The notes beneath the pieces were generated by a model. It made no database searches. It was not told where the DNA came from and was given only the letters and a program-made list of their open reading frames with translations. From a virus, in UHGV virus genome UHGV-0240017: a stretch of 64,000 bases of DNA, one strand, 5' to 3'. Positions within the stretch are counted from its first letter, which is position 1; every line of letters starts with the position of its first letter. Below are positions 1 through 9,154 of this stretch, piece by piece. The translations under genes and the position numbers were made by a program.

Positions 1-436
1 TAGTTATACGTAACCTGTTTCCTATTCCGTTCTGTACTGCGGTTCCACCTGCACCGCCTGGCGAGTTAGAACCACCGTTGCCTCCTCTGCCGTATACTGT
101 AACCCCAGGATTGATAACGAGTGTAATGGAGGAGTTCGGTAGGTCGCCAGGGAACTCTAAACAAGGAACTCCGCTACTATAAGACACTAAATCCCCCGTA
201 ATAGTCACAACGACAGCAGTAGAGCCTAAAGAACGTAAATAGTTAATAAGAGTATCCTTATTATAGCTATGGTTAGCACCAATAGAATAATGGACCTCTT
301 TTGATTTTCCCGCCAATTGCGACATCCAGCCTGGAACCGGCACACCAAGTGTGCGCATCGCGCCAGACATCCAATCGTTACCAGTTTCAGCTTTTGCTGA
401 AGAACCAATCCAACCACCTACGCCGACAACTGCCAT
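1..436 (-). CDS. T2-type gp38-like tail fiber adhesin, N-terminal part (gene runs off window start)
   Basis: ATG at 436..434 overlaps the fiber stop (TAATG); frame open to position 1. Own translation MAVVGVGGWIGSSAKAETGNDWMSGAMRTLGVPVPGWMSQ...TITGDLVSYS...GRGGNGGSNSPGGAGGTAVQNGIG matches the conserved gp38 N-terminal domain and first glycine-rich motif as I recall them. Not in ORF track because truncated. Confidence 0.55.
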   Translation of the reverse strand, partial: MAVVGVGGWIGSSAKAETGNDWMSGAMRTLGVPVPGWMSQLAGKSKEVHYSIGANHSYNKDTLINYLRSLGSTAVVVTITGDLVSYSSGVPCLEFPGDLPNSSITLVINPGVTVYGRGGNGGSNSPGGAGGTAVQNGIGNRLRIT

Positions 437-3400
437 TAGGATCTTCCTTTAATTTCGTTAACCTCTTGACGCAACGCTTTCATACCCTCTACTAACAGCG
501 CAATAACGCCATTGTAGTTTAGACGTAAACGTTTTTCGCCTGAAATGGCATCATCATCCTCAGACACAAGTTCAGGTAACGCTTCTAATGCGTCCTGAGC
601 AATTAGACCTACAGAAGTCTGCCAGCCGTCATCAGGATGCTGAATTTCGTACAAATAACCAGTTAGTAACTCTAACCGATCCAAAGCCTTATCCAGCTTC
701 ACCAGATTACGTTTGTTACGACGGTCAGAACGAATCTGTACGTCGTTAAACGAACCGTTACCGTTGCCAGTAACGTTATGTCCAAAGTTTACTTGACCGT
801 TAGAATTATTAAAAGACAACGGACGTAATCCGTTCCAGGAACCCGCTGCGGCTTGTCCGGCGTCGGTTACTAGGAAATAGGTATTGGCACCATCGTTACG
901 TAAAATAAAACCGTAGGTACCGTAAGCGATTCGAAAATCAGGGTACTTGGTGGCCAATTTACCGTTAACGGTTAAATCACCGCCTATAGTACCGCCCCCT
1001 GACGGTAACGCGCCCACTTCCGCAGCAGTTGGCTTGTTTCTCGTATTGTAAGCACGACGCCAGCCTGGTGAGTATCCATCGCCGTTAAATACGTAGATAA
1101 ACTCCGCATTAGTGAGTGCTCCGCCGACGCTCGTCGTTGTGGCGGTCGTTATACGGATCGTGTAGTTGTTTGTGCTGTTGCCGTTACTAATGACTTCTAT
1201 AACGGCCCCAGCTAACGGAATGACACCACAACCCGTCTCGCTGTGAGGTATGGACGCACTAGCGGCATAAGCCCATGCACAGCGAGCAACCCACGATCTT
1301 GTGGTAAATGCGCCGTTATTTTTCAATAACGTCACTAGCTGTGCTGTAGTTATTGCACCGCCATCAGCGCCAGTTTCTAACCAACCACTAGGTGATGCCG
1401 GACAACCTATTTCGGCTGGCCCTAACGATATATTTCTAGTGCCGTCAAATGCGATACCGTTAATGGTTCTTGCAGTTTGCAACTTCGTTGCCGTGGCCGC
1501 GTTTCCGGTGGTCGACTGATTACCCGTTTGGTTTACGCCAGGTAAGTTGATGTCTTTGGTACCATCAAAAGCTACGCCACCTATATTTCGCGCAGTCTGG
1601 AGCTTAGTCGCTGTCGCAGCATTCCCCGTAGTCGATTGGTTACCGGTTTGGTTTACACCAGGAAGATTAACGTCTTTTGTCCCATCGAAAACCACACCGC
1701 CGATCTTACGTGCGGTTTGTAACTTAGTAGCGGTCGCCGCATTACCTGTTGTATTCTGGTTGCCTTGCTGGTTAACCCCCGGTAAATTGATATCCCCAGT
1801 ACCGTCAAAGGAAACGCCGCCGATTCTGCGAGCGGTTTTCAGTTTCGTCGCGGTAGCGGCGTTGCCGGTAGTATCTTGATTACCTGTGGTATTTACACCA
1901 GGAATACTATCACGGGCAGTATAAACTTGTGCCCAATCTGACCACGGCGCATCCGCTGTATCACGTCGACTACGAATATAAACGGGTGCGTGTGCACCGC
2001 TCGTGCCCGACCAACCAATTAACAGCTCACCTTCACCTAATGCGGCAGAACCACCCAAATGTAGCAAGTTACCATAAGCGGTCGGATAACCGTTATTGTA
2101 AACTTCGTACATCTGAATACCAGGCGTACCTTTGTTTGAACCAGTTAGTGCAGTAACCCGACCACGACCTACCAGGGTGTTGATATTGATGTCAGCAGAA
2201 CCATCGAATCTCACACCGTTAATATTTCTGGCGGTTTGAAGTTTAGTGGCTGTACCAGCATTACCCGTGGTGTTTTGATTGCCCTGTTGGTTAACACCTG
2301 GGAGGTTAATGTCACCACTACCGTCGAAAGCGACTCCACCAATTCTACGTGCGGTCTTTAATTTCGTTGCGGTTGAAGCATTGCCGGTTAACTCGCCTGC
2401 TAACCCTTTTGCAAAGGTCTGTTTTTCTGCCCAGGTGTGTGCTGCATTCAATACAGGCATCTGTCGTGGCGTAATCGTACGACTACCTTTCTCACCGGCG
2501 ATACGTACTGCAAAGAATCGATAGTTGGCAGTAGACACCGTACTACGCCAAACCAACATACTCCGGCCTGAGGATGCGCCATCTGATGGACCAACCAGAA
2601 TGCTAACTAAGTTACCGTCAATAACACCCCAATCCATTCCCGCAGGAATGTTTTTCATGGTGTTAAGTGGTGTACAGATTAACTCACCCGGTTTAAAGTC
2701 ATAGGTTTGCCAGTCTAAAGGATCAACATTCGCACGTTCACCGCCGATACCTAATACCAACGGAAGCGAATACGATGTGAAAACCTCACGCCAATCGCTC
2801 CAAGCGTTACCCGTACGGATACGTTGGAATTTACGACCTTTAGTTTCTGTACCCGTGCCGTATGTAGTATAATTCTGTTCGACCCCTGTACCGTCTAAGC
2901 GTAAGGTAACTTCACAAACACCTAATATGGTTTCACCAGAAGAACCGGTAAGTGGACCGTTAGTTGCTTCACCAGTGACACTGAAACGTCCCGGTTTAAC
3001 GAGATCGTTAAAATTGGCTTTAAAGAAAGCACCGTCAGTCTGATAACCAACCTGAATCCAATCTTCCCATTGCGGGTTTGATGAATCCCACGTTGCGGTC
3101 AAACCACGGACATACATTGTACCACGACGTGTGGTGTATCGTTGCAACCGTCCGAAAAGACCACCTTCCATTACTTCTAGTACGCCTTGCGCGCCACCAC
3201 CTTCTTCAGGGTAATGTCTGCTAAAAACAGCCAGCGAACTGCTTGAGTTTCGCCAGTTACCCATATGCTCAGCGCCACCCAAACTGTTCAAGTCTATAGA
3301 GGTAGATAATGGACGTACACCAGTAGTTACCATTCTCCACGGTGACCAGGGTCCATTGGCACCATTCCACGCGCCACTCAGCATACGGTTGTACACGTTA

Positions 3401-4878
3401 CCATTACGGCAGGTAAAACGCTGTGCGCCACTGTAGTTACCGGCTTTATACACTTCCAGATAACCGACTGCACCGTCTTCTGGGAAATGTTTTGCCATCG
3501 ACGCATTGGTTGACGTCGACTTAGCCCACGTTCCTGTGTAATTGGCATCAGGAGCAAATGTGTTAATATCAGCATCTACAGGCATTTCACCACGGAAACG
3601 CAGATAGGTGTCAGGAGACAGACCGATATTGCGAGCAAACGTTTCTTTATCTGGGATATCAGCGCCGTTAGAGTTTTTCTGTAACGCGCCATTCGCTTTA
3701 TCTACAGTAGCTTTTAATCCCAAGAAATTGATGATATCCGCAGTTGACCCTTTCGCTAACAAGGATCTAGCCGTTTCTGTAAAATCCGTTAATCCGACTT
3801 TATTACTGCCGGTGAAATACATGAGTTTATTTGCCGCTGTGGTGACTGCGGCAATAGCGGTGAGTAACGGACTGAGAGGTTGTTTCTGCGCAAGTTCCCC
3901 AGTAATCGTTGTTGCGAAGTTAGGGTCATTACCTAACGCCTCGGCTAATTCCGCTAAGGTATTTAACGTCTCGGGTGAAGAACCAACCAGTTCCGCAATC
4001 GCGTCACGCACCCAGGCCGTTGTGGAGATGCTCGTGTCGTTCGAGTCCTTCGGGGGTGTTGGGGATGACGGTTTACCCGTAAAATTCGGCGAATGTTTAT
4101 TGGCTTTTAACTGTAATTCGTCATTCAGCTGTTTAACCGTGGACGGTGTGGCAGCCTCAGTCACGGATTCGCTAGTCAGTGTATCGTTAAGTTTAACGAT
4201 ACCTTTACCGGTCGTACTAGCGTCGATTAAGCCCTGTGCAGCGATTTTCTCCGCACGTAAGGCAGCTGACTCCGAACGTGTTGCTGCGCCTTCTGAACTT
4301 TCTTTATCTTTCGCGACCTGTGCAGCAATCTTCTCCACTGCGCCCTTACTGGCCTCAACTGAAGCTGCGGTATTTGTGACACTGGTAGCGGTTTGTTGAA
4401 CTTGTCCGGCCTGTTGCGTAACCGTTTCTGCTTTCTTAGTTACATCAGCCGCTGTAGCCGTCACCGATTGTTCACTTGTGGCGACAGCTTGGGCTTTCTC
4501 ATTTACTGATTGAGAAACAGTATCTACGGCCGTTTTCGCTGCTAAAACCTCAGCGTGTTTTTTGTTAACCTCCGCAGTTTTAGTGGCGACGGTTCCCGCT
4601 TGCTCATTAACTGTGGAAGCTAAAGTGGTAGTCTGTTGCTTCGCTGTTTCTGCTAAATCTTTAGCTTTCGTAGCTTCTGTTGCGGACTGTTGTGATTTGG
4701 CCGCAGCCGTTTGTGCATCAGCAACCGCACTTCTGACGGTGTCAATGTCCGCAACGATCTCGCGGACTGGTAACTTATAATCTTTTTCGTCTTTCGAAAA
4801 AAGTAAAACGCCTTCACCGATATCCCCGGTGTACGGATGTAAGTCGTGTAAACGTATTTTCTTTACCGCTTTAGCCAT
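436..4878 (-). CDS. long tail fiber protein (gp37-like) with C-terminal intramolecular chaperone / peptidase S74 domain
   Basis: 1480 aa; Ala/Thr/Gln-rich coiled-coil N-terminus; conserved fiber segment NTLAELAEALGNDPNF...KQPLSPLLTAIAAVTTAANKLMYFTGS; six GNxxTTGNAATATKLQTAR repeats; C-terminus SDRRNKRNL...LRLNYNGVIALLVEGMKALRQE typical of the self-cleaving S74 chaperone. Confidence 0.85.
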   Translation of the reverse strand: MAKAVKKIRLHDLHPYTGDIGEGVLLFSKDEKDYKLPVREIVADIDTVRSAVADAQTAAAKSQQSATEATKAKDLAETAKQQTTTLASTVNEQAGTVATKTAEVNKKHAEVLAAKTAVDTVSQSVNEKAQAVATSEQSVTATAADVTKKAETVTQQAGQVQQTATSVTNTAASVEASKGAVEKIAAQVAKDKESSEGAATRSESAALRAEKIAAQGLIDASTTGKGIVKLNDTLTSESVTEAATPSTVKQLNDELQLKANKHSPNFTGKPSSPTPPKDSNDTSISTTAWVRDAIAELVGSSPETLNTLAELAEALGNDPNFATTITGELAQKQPLSPLLTAIAAVTTAANKLMYFTGSNKVGLTDFTETARSLLAKGSTADIINFLGLKATVDKANGALQKNSNGADIPDKETFARNIGLSPDTYLRFRGEMPVDADINTFAPDANYTGTWAKSTSTNASMAKHFPEDGAVGYLEVYKAGNYSGAQRFTCRNGNVYNRMLSGAWNGANGPWSPWRMVTTGVRPLSTSIDLNSLGGAEHMGNWRNSSSSLAVFSRHYPEEGGGAQGVLEVMEGGLFGRLQRYTTRRGTMYVRGLTATWDSSNPQWEDWIQVGYQTDGAFFKANFNDLVKPGRFSVTGEATNGPLTGSSGETILGVCEVTLRLDGTGVEQNYTTYGTGTETKGRKFQRIRTGNAWSDWREVFTSYSLPLVLGIGGERANVDPLDWQTYDFKPGELICTPLNTMKNIPAGMDWGVIDGNLVSILVGPSDGASSGRSMLVWRSTVSTANYRFFAVRIAGEKGSRTITPRQMPVLNAAHTWAEKQTFAKGLAGELTGNASTATKLKTARRIGGVAFDGSGDINLPGVNQQGNQNTTGNAGTATKLQTARNINGVRFDGSADININTLVGRGRVTALTGSNKGTPGIQMYEVYNNGYPTAYGNLLHLGGSAALGEGELLIGWSGTSGAHAPVYIRSRRDTADAPWSDWAQVYTARDSIPGVNTTGNQDTTGNAATATKLKTARRIGGVSFDGTGDINLPGVNQQGNQNTTGNAATATKLQTARKIGGVVFDGTKDVNLPGVNQTGNQSTTGNAATATKLQTARNIGGVAFDGTKDINLPGVNQTGNQSTTGNAATATKLQTARTINGIAFDGTRNISLGPAEIGCPASPSGWLETGADGGAITTAQLVTLLKNNGAFTTRSWVARCAWAYAASASIPHSETGCGVIPLAGAVIEVISNGNSTNNYTIRITTATTTSVGGALTNAEFIYVFNGDGYSPGWRRAYNTRNKPTAAEVGALPSGGGTIGGDLTVNGKLATKYPDFRIAYGTYGFILRNDGANTYFLVTDAGQAAAGSWNGLRPLSFNNSNGQVNFGHNVTGNGNGSFNDVQIRSDRRNKRNLVKLDKALDRLELLTGYLYEIQHPDDGWQTSVGLIAQDALEALPELVSEDDDAISGEKRLRLNYNGVIALLVEGMKALRQEVNEIKGRS
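1450..1905 (-). repeat. in-frame tandem repeats (~117 bp, 39 aa, about 4 copies) inside tail fiber gene
   Basis: Visible DNA periodicity; protein repeats TARxIGGVxFDGTxDINLPGVNQxGNQxTTGNAATATKLQ. Confidence 0.8.
2165..2420 (-). repeat. second block of the same tail fiber repeats (about 2 copies)
   Basis: Same 39-aa unit (TGNASTATKLKTARRIGGVAFDGSGDINLPGVNQQGNQNTTGNAGTATKLQTAR), separated from the first block by a ~120-aa non-repeat domain. Confidence 0.7.
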
Positions 4879-5085
4879 GATATTTAATTCTCTATCGGGA
4901 GCTAAAAGATCTGGGGAGGTACTTTACCCCCCGCCCAATATTTTTATAAGCGGATTATTATACTGGTTTTAATCCATCATCTTCTAACGTGAAAGTGATG
5001 CCCAACTCCGCGTTCTCATGATCTGGGTTTACTAAGTCTTGATAAACGTTTGCTTTGGCCTCCATTACCAGAAAAACCGTCAAGT

Positions 5086-5532
5086 TCATGTAGCCGGGTT
5101 TTCTTCAGCGGAGTCTCCATCTGGAACCTCAAATGTAAGAACAGCATCGTCACCAATACAGAAGATTGCATCTTCTTCGTTTGCTAATGCCCGTTCAGTT
5201 GTATCAAATAACGTCACCATAAACGCATTCATCCACGCAGGAGAATCGTCAGCAACGTTGACAGCAATAGGATCGTTACCTAAAGTGATATCTGAAGCAC
5301 GTAAATCCTCGGGTTGTAAGTTCGTTCCGCAGAATTCATTTACAACACCTAAAATGTCACGAAGGTTGTCTTCAGTACCATCTAACGAAATCAAAATAGG
5401 TTCAGACGCTAACACTTTGTCCGCATCCAAACGGTCGTAATAAACAACTACAGAAGCACCATCAGGTTTCCTGATTTTTGTAATCTCTGTCAGTGTGTTA
5501 CGACGCGACGTAGTCGGGGACAGGTTTGCCAT
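5086..5532 (-). CDS. hypothetical acidic protein
   Basis: ORF track 5086..5682; likely start at internal Met (MANLSPTT...) because the ORF 5' end runs into the upstream terminator; acidic C-terminus. Confidence 0.4.
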   Translation of the reverse strand: MANLSPTTSRRNTLTEITKIRKPDGASVVVYYDRLDADKVLASEPILISLDGTEDNLRDILGVVNEFCGTNLQPEDLRASDITLGNDPIAVNVADDSPAWMNAFMVTLFDTTERALANEEDAIFCIGDDAVLTFEVPDGDSAEENPAT

Positions 5533-5660
5533 AGTGTTGCTAATACGAATTTCGCTTAGAGACAACCGTGAACCGTTATCGTGGTTGATTAAAGCGACCA
5601 CCAATTCGGCTGAGGACAGACTTAAATCAGGTACGTATGTGGCCACTATAGCCTCCCAGA

Positions 5661-5708
5661 TCAAAAAAAAAATAAAAAACATCTACCGCCCATAGAATCG
5701 GGCGGTAG
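5661..5708 (-). terminator. intrinsic terminator
   Basis: Hairpin ctaccgcc-catagaatcg-ggcggtag followed on the minus strand by a long U-run (plus-strand A-run 5661-5679). Confidence 0.7.
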
Positions 5709-5742
5709 ACAGTCATTTTACAGCTAAAAATCTAAGTAGTTA

Positions 5743-6177
5743 CTACACTTTAACAGACTTTGCTAGATTGATATCAAAGAATAGGATTTCTAAAATTTTA
5801 TCGTTATGATACCTTATGCGTGGTATTAGTTCTACGTAACCATGTTCAATAATAAAGTTTCGAACATCGTCACCGTACACACCACCCGGACAAAATTCAC
5901 CATAAACTTCGACATTATTATCGTCCGCTGTCACCATAATGTCGGTAAGATGCCCACCAGAAAATTCAATTCTGAAAGTTTTTGGAAAGTCAGAATTGAA
6001 TTCTGTAGGATCTTTAATAGCCTCACAAACGCTCACGTGATATCTTAGTAGACGCGCAAACGCTGCGGAGGGATTTTCAGGATCGTAGAAATCTGAACGT
6101 GGTAATGTCAATAATAACCCTTTAACTTTAATATCTAGCCTTTCGGGTATCACTGTTATATCTGCTTTTACTTTCAT
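5743..6177 (-). CDS. hypothetical protein
   Basis: ORF track 5743..6195; probable start MKVKADIT at 6177 forming an ATGA overlap with the upstream stop. Confidence 0.5.
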   Translation of the reverse strand: MKVKADITVIPERLDIKVKGLLLTLPRSDFYDPENPSAAFARLLRYHVSVCEAIKDPTEFNSDFPKTFRIEFSGGHLTDIMVTADDNNVEVYGEFCPGGVYGDDVRNFIIEHGYVELIPRIRYHNDKILEILFFDINLAKSVKV

Positions 6178-6548
6178 TCGGTCAATTCTCCACATAACTC
6201 AACATCGATACCGAACGTCATTCCCACTTCTTGAAGTTTGTTCGCCAGTAGGTGACGATGACAAAACTTACCTGCGGGACAATAACACATCAAAACCAGG
6301 TCTTCGTGTCTGAGTAACGACACTAAAACTTCGGCATCGGCATCTAACAGTCGTTCGAGTTTGTACAAATACTTTATCGTGTATTCACGCTCAGCGGTAG
6401 CATCTTGGGCAGAGTTTTTATACGCCATTAGGAATTCCCAGTCGGGGGCGAGTTCCTTTCGCCCTGACTTCACAGTGATATCCACTGCGTGAAATCCTTT
6501 CTGCTTAGCTAACCGCCACTTAGCGAGTTGCAGCGTCCAGACACGCAT
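6174..6548 (-). CDS. hypothetical protein with CYCPAGKFCHRH Cys/His motif
   Basis: 124-aa ORF; Cys/His cluster may be a metal site; family not assigned. Confidence 0.5.
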   Translation of the reverse strand: MRVWTLQLAKWRLAKQKGFHAVDITVKSGRKELAPDWEFLMAYKNSAQDATAEREYTIKYLYKLERLLDADAEVLVSLLRHEDLVLMCYCPAGKFCHRHLLANKLQEVGMTFGIDVELCGELTE

Positions 6549-6745
6549 TAGGAACGAGTCTGCGTTTCAGCCATCAGCGCACAACTCTTTACAGCTTGTG
6601 CATGAAGCTCTGTACCCGGTGTGTAATCCTTTATACAGTCCTGATACAGTTCGCGCTTTGTTTCTAAAACACGATTATCGTACTCAGCACTTGCTAGTGC
6701 TCCTGCGATAAGGATAAAAACTAGAATCGGTAACCAAATTTTCAT
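6548..6745 (-). CDS. small secreted/periplasmic protein
   Basis: 65 aa; N-terminal signal peptide MKIWLPILVFILIAGALASA; two Cys; paralogous to the next gene. Confidence 0.55.
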   Translation of the reverse strand: MKIWLPILVFILIAGALASAEYDNRVLETKRELYQDCIKDYTPGTELHAQAVKSCALMAETQTRS

Positions 6746-6954
6746 CCTCCACCTCCCATTCGTTTAGCGTAATCCGTACACGCCATTACCAATTCAGCGT
6801 AGCGTGGATTATCTACAGTAGTACCTGACATACATTCACGATAAAGGGTGTCTCTACGTGATTCGTCAGACGTCTTAACGTAGAACATCAACATTGTTAC
6901 AATCAGCGCAGTTGAAACAATTGCCGAGATGATATATCCGTCATTTATTTTCAT
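6742..6954 (-). CDS. small membrane-anchored protein, paralog of 6548..6745
   Basis: 70 aa; N-terminal TM anchor; shares the LYxxC...Ax(V/L)xxC pattern with its neighbour. Confidence 0.5.
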   Translation of the reverse strand: MKINDGYIISAIVSTALIVTMLMFYVKTSDESRRDTLYRECMSGTTVDNPRYAELVMACTDYAKRMGGGG

Positions 6955-7471
6955 CTATAAAGCACCAAGGTTCTGGATAAAACTCTGTAAGTAAGTCAAC
7001 GTAAAAGCAGTTTAGGCGGGTTAATTTTATAACACAACCCAGCAGATCGTATTCTCTCCGATGGTAAATTACCACGGACGTTTCTGATAATCGCTTAACG
7101 TACGTGTAACCCACATCTTTAATCGTACGATAAAATCGACCGAAATCTATTTCACCAGTAACGTCCTTGCCGGGTACGGTGAGGTAACGTATTTGTGAGA
7201 CCTCGTTATTTACTAACGATAGAAATTTCTCCGTACTTTCAGCATGGATTTGTTCCATAAACGATAAGTGTGGAAACACTTCTTTACGCAACGCGCTGCT
7301 GGAAATCTTAGCAAAAACCTGACGTTCCGTTAAGTGCATTAACTCACCTAATCTTTTCAGGTCTTTGTTATATTCCAAAAAAGAAACTACTTTCTCGTCA
7401 TGTGTAATAGGCGGCCATTCGACCGCCTTTACCCGACCTTGCTTAAACCAACTCACAAGTCGCGCTATCAC
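6941..7471 (-). CDS. hypothetical protein
   Basis: 176-aa ORF in the minus-strand array; no motif recognised. Confidence 0.5.
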   Translation of the reverse strand: MIARLVSWFKQGRVKAVEWPPITHDEKVVSFLEYNKDLKRLGELMHLTERQVFAKISSSALRKEVFPHLSFMEQIHAESTEKFLSLVNNEVSQIRYLTVPGKDVTGEIDFGRFYRTIKDVGYTYVKRLSETSVVIYHRREYDLLGCVIKLTRLNCFYVDLLTEFYPEPWCFIDENK

Positions 7472-7473
7472 GT

Positions 7474-8166
7474 TTAGTAATCCTCTTCCTGATTAACTAC
7501 CGATTGGATACGCGTTGCGACTTCGCTAGTGTCCAGATCAGTTTCGTCTACCTTATCCACAAGTTTCTGTACTTTACGTACATGGGATTCGGTAACATCA
7601 AAACGACCACGATCGGCTAACAGCAACGTTACCATATCCTTACGCGTAACCATCAGTTCTTCTTCAGGTAGGTGTAGGGATTTGTCTAACAGCCCAGAAT
7701 GCATGAAGTTTTCCAGTAAGCGTTCTTCTCCCTGGTCGAAATCATAACGTTCGTTAGGTGCAGCAACGAAAGCGTAACCGAAATAGTTTTCTTCCGTCTC
7801 ACGCAGCGACTTGATGATTTTGTCACCATGTTGGCAGAAATCACTTAACGTGTAGTCGTCAAGCGTTGCAACGATGGTTTCTGCTTGTACACCGTTATCT
7901 GTTTCGTACAGATGCGCAACCCAAAGTTTCCAGTTACGCGGTTCGTCAAACAAACCACCGATTAACATGTCGGTGGCTGCCATGCGCATACGCGGTGACG
8001 TTGTAAACTGGAAACCACGGCCCGCGTACGGACCGATAGGACGAATAGAGCTACCGACGAAAGTAATGCGGTTTAACGCATTTTCAGCAATGGTGTGCGC
8101 GGTACGGTTAGCAGCCGCTTTCGGGTTATACTTTTTGTTACGCGGTTTCTTTTGTTTGGTAGCCAT
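7474..8166 (-). CDS. hypothetical protein (basic N-terminus, acidic C-terminus)
   Basis: 230-aa ORF; no motif recognised. Confidence 0.55.
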   Translation of the reverse strand: MATKQKKPRNKKYNPKAAANRTAHTIAENALNRITFVGSSIRPIGPYAGRGFQFTTSPRMRMAATDMLIGGLFDEPRNWKLWVAHLYETDNGVQAETIVATLDDYTLSDFCQHGDKIIKSLRETEENYFGYAFVAAPNERYDFDQGEERLLENFMHSGLLDKSLHLPEEELMVTRKDMVTLLLADRGRFDVTESHVRKVQKLVDKVDETDLDTSEVATRIQSVVNQEEDY

Positions 8167-8648
8167 TATTTATTCTCAACTAATACGGTGTGAAATGCTT
8201 TATAAAGAGCCTGTCGTGCCTCAATTAATACTGGACGATTAATCAAGCACATGTATCCGATTTTCCAAGACCAGTAAGACGTGTCGTCGGTATTTAGCCC
8301 GTAATCAGGTTCAAGATATACCAAATCCGTGTATGAATCTGGTATATAAAGACGACACAAACTAAGATTCCAAAAATTAGGTAAATCCGATTTTGCAAGT
8401 TCGGACATAACCTGCATTGGGATCTGACTTCCAATAGCGTCTGTTGCAAAAACGATATGCAGATTTCCAGGTGACTTAGAATACATACCGTGGCCTTCGC
8501 AGCTCCACATCGTCGCCAGGTGCGGATGGTCGTTGATTAGTTTACAGGTATCACGAACACCTTTCTCAATGTAACCGTTTTTAGTTGCGGACTGAGCACG
8601 CTCTTTAAATGAAGCCAGTCTTTCTGCGTCAACAGAAAATTGAATCAT
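8166..8648 (-). CDS. hypothetical protein
   Basis: 160-aa ORF; TAATG-type junction with the upstream gene. Confidence 0.55.
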   Translation of the reverse strand: MIQFSVDAERLASFKERAQSATKNGYIEKGVRDTCKLINDHPHLATMWSCEGHGMYSKSPGNLHIVFATDAIGSQIPMQVMSELAKSDLPNFWNLSLCRLYIPDSYTDLVYLEPDYGLNTDDTSYWSWKIGYMCLINRPVLIEARQALYKAFHTVLVENK

Positions 8649-9109
8649 GACGGATTCTTCCCTAAAATTATCTCGCGCATTTCCAGGTAGGTGTCAAACG
8701 GCACCACGGTGTCTTTGTAACGCAACGTTACGTAGGTTACGAAGTGTTGTGGTGCCAGGAAAGCACGTTTTGGCGACCCGTCGTGGTTGTAATACTGTTT
8801 CGGACGATATTTGTTGAAAATGTCTTCCCGTGGGAATAATGATTTCTGAATAACCACTTCCCAACGGTGTGGCGTTTCCAAGAGCCCAATACGGATCAGC
8901 ATAGCATCTACCCACCGGCTCATGTTTTCGGTTAATACGAAACTGACGTGGTGGTGTTGGACTTCTGCTAACGCGACTTCTGGTTCTTTATCCAGTCGCA
9001 TTAATACCGAAAACAGTGGGCGATAATCAGAATCGTACAGGTCACGGAAAGCGGTTTTCTCACGCTGTTTAAACAACTCAACAATTTCTTTAGATTCAAA
9101 ACATTTCAT
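8645..9109 (-). CDS. hypothetical protein
   Basis: 154-aa ORF; ATGA overlap with the downstream gene. Confidence 0.55.
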   Translation of the reverse strand: MKCFESKEIVELFKQREKTAFRDLYDSDYRPLFSVLMRLDKEPEVALAEVQHHHVSFVLTENMSRWVDAMLIRIGLLETPHRWEVVIQKSLFPREDIFNKYRPKQYYNHDGSPKRAFLAPQHFVTYVTLRYKDTVVPFDTYLEMREIILGKNPS

Positions 9110-9154
9110 TTTCTTTTCTCCTAATCATTAAAATAGCCACAGTTGTAAAAAAGA

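Noticed and set aside
226-495. ORF-track ORFs 226..417 (-) and 301..495 (+)
   Set aside because: Both lie within or overlap the better-supported gp38-like frame starting at 436; their translations are low-complexity.
1450-2420. Possible CRISPR-like repeat array
   Set aside because: The repeats are about 117 bp, in-frame and coding (fiber protein repeats), with no short unique spacers.
3608-4399. 263-aa plus-strand ORF inside the tail fiber gene
   Set aside because: Antisense to a well-supported 1480-aa fiber gene with recognisable domains; no independent signals.
8694-8915. Nested short ORFs (8694..8915, 11400..11591, 23297..23479, 32749..33027, 43352..43731 and others)
   Set aside because: Entirely inside longer, better-supported ORFs on the same strand in other frames, with Cys/Arg-rich improbable translations.
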